NCBI GenBank assembly: GCA_016875875.1
Contig: VGOP01000006.1
Coordinates: forward strand, 6,203 to 70,202
Origin: Chloroflexota bacterium
Lineage (GTDB): Bacteria > Chloroflexota > Dehalococcoidia > GIF9 > UBA5629
Reading direction: 5' to 3'
Length of the DNA stretch: 64,000 nt
The first letter of the stretch is position 1; each line of letters starts with the position of its first letter. The notes beneath the pieces were generated by a model. It was not told where the DNA came from and searched no databases. It was given only the letters and a program-made list of their open reading frames with translations. The position numbers were made by a program, and so were the translations under genes. Positions 58,468 to 64,000 of the stretch are shown piece by piece.

Positions 58468-59403
58468 TTGAAAGTTAACGCAGTCAACCTAACTGAAACA
58501 GAATATGCACTGCCCGGCAACAGGACATGCCCGGGATGTGCCTTAGCTCTTGCCTATCGCCACATTCTAAAGGCATTAGATGGGCAGGTCATTGTCACCG
58601 TGCCAGCAAGTTGTCTCACCGTACTGCACGGCATGTACCCAATAACATCGGTTAATGTCCCTTGCGTGAATACGCCGTTTGCCTCCACCGGGGCATCAGC
58701 AACAGGATTAGTTGCCGGACTCCGGGCTACGGGCAAGAAGGGAATTACAATACTGGCAATGGCTGGCGATGGTGGCACCCATGACATAGGAATCCAGTCG
58801 TTGAGTGGAGCCGCAGAAAGGCAGGAGGATTTCATCTACATCTGCTACGACAACGAAGGCTATATGAACACCGGTAATCAACGCTCAGGCTCAACGCCCC
58901 TGGGTGCTATCACAGGCACCACACCTGTACTGGGCAAGCGACAGAACCCCAAAGACATGGCTGCCATAATGGAAGCCCATTGCCTGCCGTATATCGCCAC
59001 TGCCAATGCCTCTTACCCACTGGACCTGTACGAAAAGGTCAGAAAAACAAAAGGGATAAAGGGCACCAGGTTCATTCATGTTTTTACCCCCTGCGCTCCC
59101 GGCTGGCAATTCCCATACAGTGACACCATCAAAATCGGCCAGTTGGCAGTAGAAACCGGACTGGTTGTGCTCTATGAAGTAGAGGATGACGTTTTTCGTC
59201 TCACCTCTGCAAGCGAGTCCCTCGCCCAAAAGGGTAAGCTGAAGCCGGTGAGAGAATACCTAACTGAACAGGGAAGGTTTAAAAACGTTACCGAAGAGCA
59301 AATCGCTCAATTACAGGACTGGGTAAATGCCCGATGGCAATGCTATCTCGCCCGGGCAGCCAGTTTACAGCCTGCGACTGATATCACAGAATCAGCACCC
59401 TGA
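58468..59403 (+). CDS. 2-oxoacid:ferredoxin oxidoreductase beta subunit
   Basis: CPGC, GDGG...DNEGYMNTG TPP motif. Confidence 0.93.
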   Translation: MKVNAVNLTETEYALPGNRTCPGCALALAYRHILKALDGQVIVTVPASCLTVLHGMYPITSVNVPCVNTPFASTGASATGLVAGLRATGKKGITILAMAGDGGTHDIGIQSLSGAAERQEDFIYICYDNEGYMNTGNQRSGSTPLGAITGTTPVLGKRQNPKDMAAIMEAHCLPYIATANASYPLDLYEKVRKTKGIKGTRFIHVFTPCAPGWQFPYSDTIKIGQLAVETGLVVLYEVEDDVFRLTSASESLAQKGKLKPVREYLTEQGRFKNVTEEQIAQLQDWVNARWQCYLARAASLQPATDITESAP

Positions 59404-59432
59404 GACATCCCGAAAATAATTTATCTCTTTTC

Positions 59433-59457
59433 ACTCGACAAAGCAGTTTTGTCGAGT
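59433..59457. terminator. Hairpin after the oxidoreductase operon
   Basis: ACTCGACAAA-GCAGT-TTTGTCGAGT; lacks a strong T-tail. Confidence 0.4.
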
Positions 59458-59574
59458 CTCACACTGACACCACACAAAAAACCGCCCTGAACCCTAAGCT
59501 AAGATGACAGTCTAACTACGAGGATAGTATAATGGTTACAGATTATATATGCTGATAGCTGTGATATTGTTTCA

Positions 59575-60900
59575 ATGCGCCGAAGCGATTTATCGAAGCT
59601 TTCCCTGTTTCCGTTAACAAAGGAGGTTGACAATCACGGTCACCTTCATATTGGTGGCTGCGACTGTGTTGAGCTGGCTAAAAAATTCGGCACCCCACTT
59701 TATGTTTTCGACGAGGCCACTCTTCGCTCCAAGTGCCAGGAGTTCAAGGCTGAATTCACCAAGCGTTATTCGAACACACTTGTCATATATGCATCAAAGG
59801 CTTTCCTGAATCGTGCTATAGCCATTATCTTCAAAGAAGAAGACCTGGGCCTAGATGTTGTCTCTGGCGGAGAGATGAGCGTGGCTCAGTCGATAGACTT
59901 CCCCCCAGAAAAGGTGTATTTCCATGGAAATAATAAGACTGGCGATGAGCTAAAGCTAGCTCTAGATTGGGGAATCGGGCGAATTGTAGTTGACAATTTG
60001 GATGAGCTGGAACTGCTTAATTCATTGGCTCGCGATGTGGGAGTTAGACAGGCCATTCTACTCCGCCTTAATCCGGGAGTTGACCCTCATACTCACCGAC
60101 ATACTACGACCGGCATACTGGATAGCAAATTTGGCTTTCCGCTAGCTACCGGACAGGCTGAGACGGCAGTAGCCAAAGCCACGTCAGCTTCAAACATTGA
60201 GCTCGTGGGCCTTCACTTTCACCTCGGCTCACCGATTCCCGATACCTCCTCCTATCAGATAGCCATAAGCCTTATCTTTAATTTTGCCAAGGAAATGAAA
60301 ACCAAGCATGATTTTCATCTCGACGAATTCAGCCCCGGCGGTGGCTTTGCCGTCCGGTATACGGTAGAATCACAGGCACCAGACATAGCTGACTATGCCG
60401 AAGCCATAACTGCCAGGGTTTCAGGTCTAGTCAGTGAGCTTGGCTTGACACGCCCAAAGCTAATCATCGAACCCGGAAGAGCCATCGTGGCACAAGCCGG
60501 CGTGGCTTTGTATACTGTCGGTTCAATAAAAGAGATTCCCGGGGTGCGGAAATATGTATGTGTGGACGGCGGCATGGGAGACAACATACGCCCAGCTCTT
60601 TATGAAGCGAGATATGAAGTCTTGGTGGCAAACAAGGTCAGCGATGATGAGTCAACAAAAGTCACTATAGCCGGTAAATATTGCGAGTCAGGTGACATAC
60701 TTGCCAAAGACGTAAACCTGGCTCCAGTGTCACCGGGAGATATTATCGCTATACCGGTCAGCGGCGCTTATGCTATCCCCATGTCGAGCAACTATAACAT
60801 GGTGCCCAGGCCAGCCGTTGTGATGGTCAGAGACGGCAAAGCCCGACTCATCCGGAAGCGCGAGAGCTATAAGGACTTGATGAGATTAGACTTAATTTAG
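59575..60900 (+). CDS. lysA: Diaminopimelate decarboxylase
   Basis: GTPLYV, YASKA, SKFG, HFHLGS, EPGR, CESGD. Confidence 0.95.
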   Translation: MRRSDLSKLSLFPLTKEVDNHGHLHIGGCDCVELAKKFGTPLYVFDEATLRSKCQEFKAEFTKRYSNTLVIYASKAFLNRAIAIIFKEEDLGLDVVSGGEMSVAQSIDFPPEKVYFHGNNKTGDELKLALDWGIGRIVVDNLDELELLNSLARDVGVRQAILLRLNPGVDPHTHRHTTTGILDSKFGFPLATGQAETAVAKATSASNIELVGLHFHLGSPIPDTSSYQIAISLIFNFAKEMKTKHDFHLDEFSPGGGFAVRYTVESQAPDIADYAEAITARVSGLVSELGLTRPKLIIEPGRAIVAQAGVALYTVGSIKEIPGVRKYVCVDGGMGDNIRPALYEARYEVLVANKVSDDESTKVTIAGKYCESGDILAKDVNLAPVSPGDIIAIPVSGAYAIPMSSNYNMVPRPAVVMVRDGKARLIRKRESYKDLMRLDLI

Positions 60901-60907
60901 AAAAGAT

Positions 60908-61951
60908 ATGTGGCAAACGATTGGTCAACCAGAAGCATTAGCTTTATTTGAACATAGTCTTCAAACCGGCAATTTGGCTCATGCTTACCTTTTTGTTGGA
61001 GCAGCACACATAGGTAAGACAACATTGGCACTTGATTTAACCAGAGCAGTGAACTGTCAAGGCAGCGAGCCACCTTGTGGTGAGTGCCAGTCCTGTAAAA
61101 GAATTGCCAACGGCAAGCATGCCGATATTACAATTATAGGTTTGAACTCAGCCAAAGATTCAGGGGATGCAAAATCACGGGTTGAGATTAGCATAGATGA
61201 TATTAGGGAGCTCCAGCGCAATGCCAGCTTGCCTCCTTTCGAGGGTAAACATAAAGTGTTTGTTATTGACGGCGCTGAATATTTGTCTAGCGAGGCGGCC
61301 AACTGCTTGCTCAAAACCATAGAAGAACCTCCACCCTACGTAATGATACTTCTCTTGACCGCCGAAGAGCTGCGGCTCTTGCCCACAGTGATCTCTCGCT
61401 GCCAGCGGATAAAATTGAAGCCAGTGTCTAACGAGGAAATAGAGAAGATACTCATCGAGGCCTATGGCGTTGACAGCGATAGAGCTAAACTCTTGGCCCG
61501 ATTGTCTCAGGGCTGCCTTGGCTGGGCACTAACAGTTTATATGGATGATAGTTACCTTGCACAGCGGAATCAAAGGCTAACCGAAATGTTCTCTTTGCTA
61601 GATTCTGGCTGGGAAGAGCGCTTCAACTATGCCGCTAAGCTCGGGAATGACCGTAAGTCGGCCGAGGAGATGATAAAGCTCTGGTTCGCATGGTGGCGCG
61701 ATGTGATGCTGACTAAATGCGGCTGCGAGCATGCCATCACTAATGTTGACTATGCACCCATACTTGAGAAATGGGCACAGGTGCTAAGCTTATTGGAGAT
61801 TAAGGACTTCATCAATAGGCTGCAACAAGCGTTAAACCAAATCGCCATAAATGCTAACCTGCGCTTAGTGTTTGAAATATTGATGCTTAACATGCCTAGA
61901 AAGGAGAGGGCACTGGGTCAAATAACATTACCAAAGCCCGTAAGATTATAA
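60908..61951 (+). CDS. holB: DNA polymerase III delta' subunit
   Basis: HAYLF, PCGECQSC, AANCLLKTIEEPP, TVISRC. Confidence 0.92.
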   Translation: MWQTIGQPEALALFEHSLQTGNLAHAYLFVGAAHIGKTTLALDLTRAVNCQGSEPPCGECQSCKRIANGKHADITIIGLNSAKDSGDAKSRVEISIDDIRELQRNASLPPFEGKHKVFVIDGAEYLSSEAANCLLKTIEEPPPYVMILLLTAEELRLLPTVISRCQRIKLKPVSNEEIEKILIEAYGVDSDRAKLLARLSQGCLGWALTVYMDDSYLAQRNQRLTEMFSLLDSGWEERFNYAAKLGNDRKSAEEMIKLWFAWWRDVMLTKCGCEHAITNVDYAPILEKWAQVLSLLEIKDFINRLQQALNQIAINANLRLVFEILMLNMPRKERALGQITLPKPVRL

Positions 61952-62784
61952 TGTCAGAAATAGTTGGAGTTCGTTTTAATCAAGCTGGCAAAGTCTACTA
62001 TTTTGACGCCATGAATATCCCCGTGGAAATAAATGACAATGTGGTTGTTGAGACCAGCCGTGGCTATGAACTGGGCAAAGTGGTCATCTCCCCAAAACAA
62101 GTTATTCACAGTGAAATAACCGAACCATTGAAACCCATTGCCCGCAAAGCACAGGCGGAGGACATGGAGAAAGCTCAGCGGCAACAAGAAAGGGCAACAA
62201 ACGCCATAGCCAAATGCCGAGAACTAATCGAAAGACTCAACTTGCCAATGAAACCGATTTCAGCTCAATATAATTTGGACGGAAGCCATCTCACCATCTT
62301 CTTCAGTGCCGAGAAAAGAGTGGATTTTCGCGAGCTCGTTCGGGAGTTAAGCCGCAACCTAAAGACACGAGTCGAACTAAGGCAAGTTGGAGCTAGAGAC
62401 GAGGCAAAGTTAGTCGGCGGCTTAGGTAAATGCGGTTTACCCTTGTGCTGTACCACCTTCCTCAGCGAGTTTGCGCCGGTTTCCATTAAGATGGCAAAGG
62501 AGCAAGATATAGCACTAAACCCAATGAAAACGTCTGGTATCTGCGGTCGGCTCCTCTGTTGCTTGGGCTATGAATATGAACAATACCGAGCTATGAAAGA
62601 AAAGATGCCCCCATTGCGTCAGGAGGTGTCTACGGCCTTGGGAAATGCTAAAGTAGTCAGCTTTAATCCGATTAAAGAAACAGTGACCGTGGAATTAGAA
62701 ACAGGGAGTACCGTAGAATTGCCTCTTAGCCAGATAGCCTGGCGTGAAAAAGCAGCAGACGATAAGCAGCAAACAAAAACTTAG
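61951..62784 (+). CDS. PSP1/YaaT (RicT)-family protein
   Basis: GKVYYF, RVDFRELV, CGLPLCC, SGICGRLLCCL; follows holB. Confidence 0.92.
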   Translation: MSEIVGVRFNQAGKVYYFDAMNIPVEINDNVVVETSRGYELGKVVISPKQVIHSEITEPLKPIARKAQAEDMEKAQRQQERATNAIAKCRELIERLNLPMKPISAQYNLDGSHLTIFFSAEKRVDFRELVRELSRNLKTRVELRQVGARDEAKLVGGLGKCGLPLCCTTFLSEFAPVSIKMAKEQDIALNPMKTSGICGRLLCCLGYEYEQYRAMKEKMPPLRQEVSTALGNAKVVSFNPIKETVTVELETGSTVELPLSQIAWREKAADDKQQTKT

Positions 62785-62786
62785 AT

Positions 62787-63290
62787 TTACTGAGGAAGAT
62801 ATTTCTGCCACTCGGTATGCACACGGATGTACTGGTAAGGCACGTAGAAGCCATCGTTGTGTGGTGGTCTAGGTTGGTGAAGTAGTGGCATCCCAGCCTC
62901 TATTGGCGTTCGTCCGGCCTTCCGACGATTACAAGGTATACAAGCGCTTACCACGTTTTCCCAGCTATGCTCACCACCACGCCGCCGCGGTATAACATGA
63001 TCTAAAGTGAGTTCCTTACTCTCCCGACCACAGTATTGACAAGCATACCGGTCGCGATTGAAAACTTCAAGCTTGGTCAACTTACGCTGCTGCCGCGGTC
63101 GCCTAATAAAATAACCAAGCCGAATCACCGAGGGAACATCGAAAATATCATCAATGGAATGGAGATTACCTCGCCCATTCTCCAAAACCTCAGCCTTGCC
63201 ACAAAACAGCAAAACTATAGCCCTGCGTACTCTGCAGATATTAAGCGGTTCATAATTCTGATTAAGTACCAGAACTGGCGAGTTTACCAC
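62787..63290 (-). CDS. HNH endonuclease
   Basis: VLVLNQNYEPL, RDRYACQYCG, TLDHVIP, WENVVSACIPCN. Confidence 0.92.
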   Translation of the reverse strand: MVNSPVLVLNQNYEPLNICRVRRAIVLLFCGKAEVLENGRGNLHSIDDIFDVPSVIRLGYFIRRPRQQRKLTKLEVFNRDRYACQYCGRESKELTLDHVIPRRRGGEHSWENVVSACIPCNRRKAGRTPIEAGMPLLHQPRPPHNDGFYVPYQYIRVHTEWQKYLPQ

Positions 63291-63347
63291 GGCTCTTTCC
63301 TAGCTAATCTAGGTTATTTTAGCAGGAAAACTTTTGGCCGACAACAG

Positions 63348-64000
63348 CTAAGACAATCGACCCCGCCGCGAGTACCGTTGCTGTGTCTTGGCTTCACGAG
63401 CCAGTGGCGACTTTATATCACCCCGATGATCAGGTGCATTGATATTTAATACAAGGCTGAGTCTGGGGTCAACCATCCGTGAGCCGATACGTCTTTCAAT
63501 ACTATCCAAGTCAAAACAGGTGGTGATCACCGTGGCTAACCTAGCATTATAGCGATAATTTATTAGCTGATAGAGCTTTTCCTGAGCCCACGGCGTGGCT
63601 GCCTGCTCACCAAAATCATCAAGAATAAGCACCGGAGCCTTCTTGATTTTTTCAAAGAGCTCATCATAGGACACCCTGCTCTCCGGATTAAAAGTGGAGC
63701 GCAAATAATCGAGGAGATCAGTAACCACAATGAACAAGACTGATTTACCCTCGCGGCGCAGATGATTGTAAATGGCGGCTGCCAGGTGTGTTTTGCCACA
63801 TCCATTGATACCCATGAAAATCAACCAGCCCTCCGGAGATTTAGCAAAATTGACTGCACCGTGATAGGCTCGCTCCAGGCTCTGGCGCTCCTCAGGCGAG
63901 AGATCCAAGAGCTTATAATCAAAATTATTGAAGGCCTTCTCGCGCAATGCCTCTAACTCTATGCTGCCAAGATGCTCCAAAGTCAACGCGGACTTCCCCT
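63348..64000 (-). CDS. DnaC/IstB-like AAA+ ATPase (partial, starts beyond right edge)
   Basis: GINGCGKTHLA, LILDDFG, LYQLINYRY. Confidence 0.85.
   Translation of the reverse strand, partial: GKSALTLEHLGSIELEALREKAFNNFDYKLLDLSPEERQSLERAYHGAVNFAKSPEGWLIFMGINGCGKTHLAAAIYNHLRREGKSVLFIVVTDLLDYLRSTFNPESRVSYDELFEKIKKAPVLILDDFGEQAATPWAQEKLYQLINYRYNARLATVITTCFDLDSIERRIGSRMVDPRLSLVLNINAPDHRGDIKSPLAREAKTQQRYSRRGRLS

Noticed and set aside
74-63956. Numerous short ORFs antisense to or overlapping the called genes
   Set aside because: They are shadows of well-supported genes and show no motifs of their own.

Overview
This is a chromosomal window from an anaerobic bacterium, most likely Dehalococcoidia (Chloroflexota). 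That assignment is inferred from gene order and protein style, not from a search. 1-4.2 kb: the edge of an integrated element (partial parB, two tyrosine recombinases, one orphan gene) lying on the 5' side of tRNA-Gly(TCC). 4.2-8.4 kb: a pantothenate operon behind a terminator/antiterminator leader. 8.4-33 kb: an accessory-rich stretch with an MFS transporter, two shuffled membrane-anchored paralogs, a 12-kb redox cluster (HydC/HydB-like + selenocysteine formate dehydrogenase; a second HydC/HydB-like pair + FeS/GltD-like subunit; NfnAB), a 9-PAS hybrid kinase, T-box-controlled trpB2 and several families of small palindromic repeats. 33-64 kb: mostly housekeeping genes (htrA, ileS, jag, yidC, rnpA, rpmH, rpsR-ssb-rpsF, ychF, ppsA, dgt-dnaG-rpoD, ffh, acetoacetate-CoA ligase, 2-oxoacid:ferredoxin oxidoreductase, lysA, holB). 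Best candidates for new biology: (1) an integrase whose frame runs antisense through the tRNA and its promoter and has no canonical start codon on the element side, suggesting a split-on-integration switch; (2) a HydBC-type module with an NADP-type substitution whose GltD-like partner has cleanly lost its NAD(P)H-binding domain; (3) a Trp T-box followed by a Trp-containing mini-ORF ahead of trpB2; (4) nested small-repeat assemblies that supply gene ends. All homology calls are by motif recognition; no searches were run.
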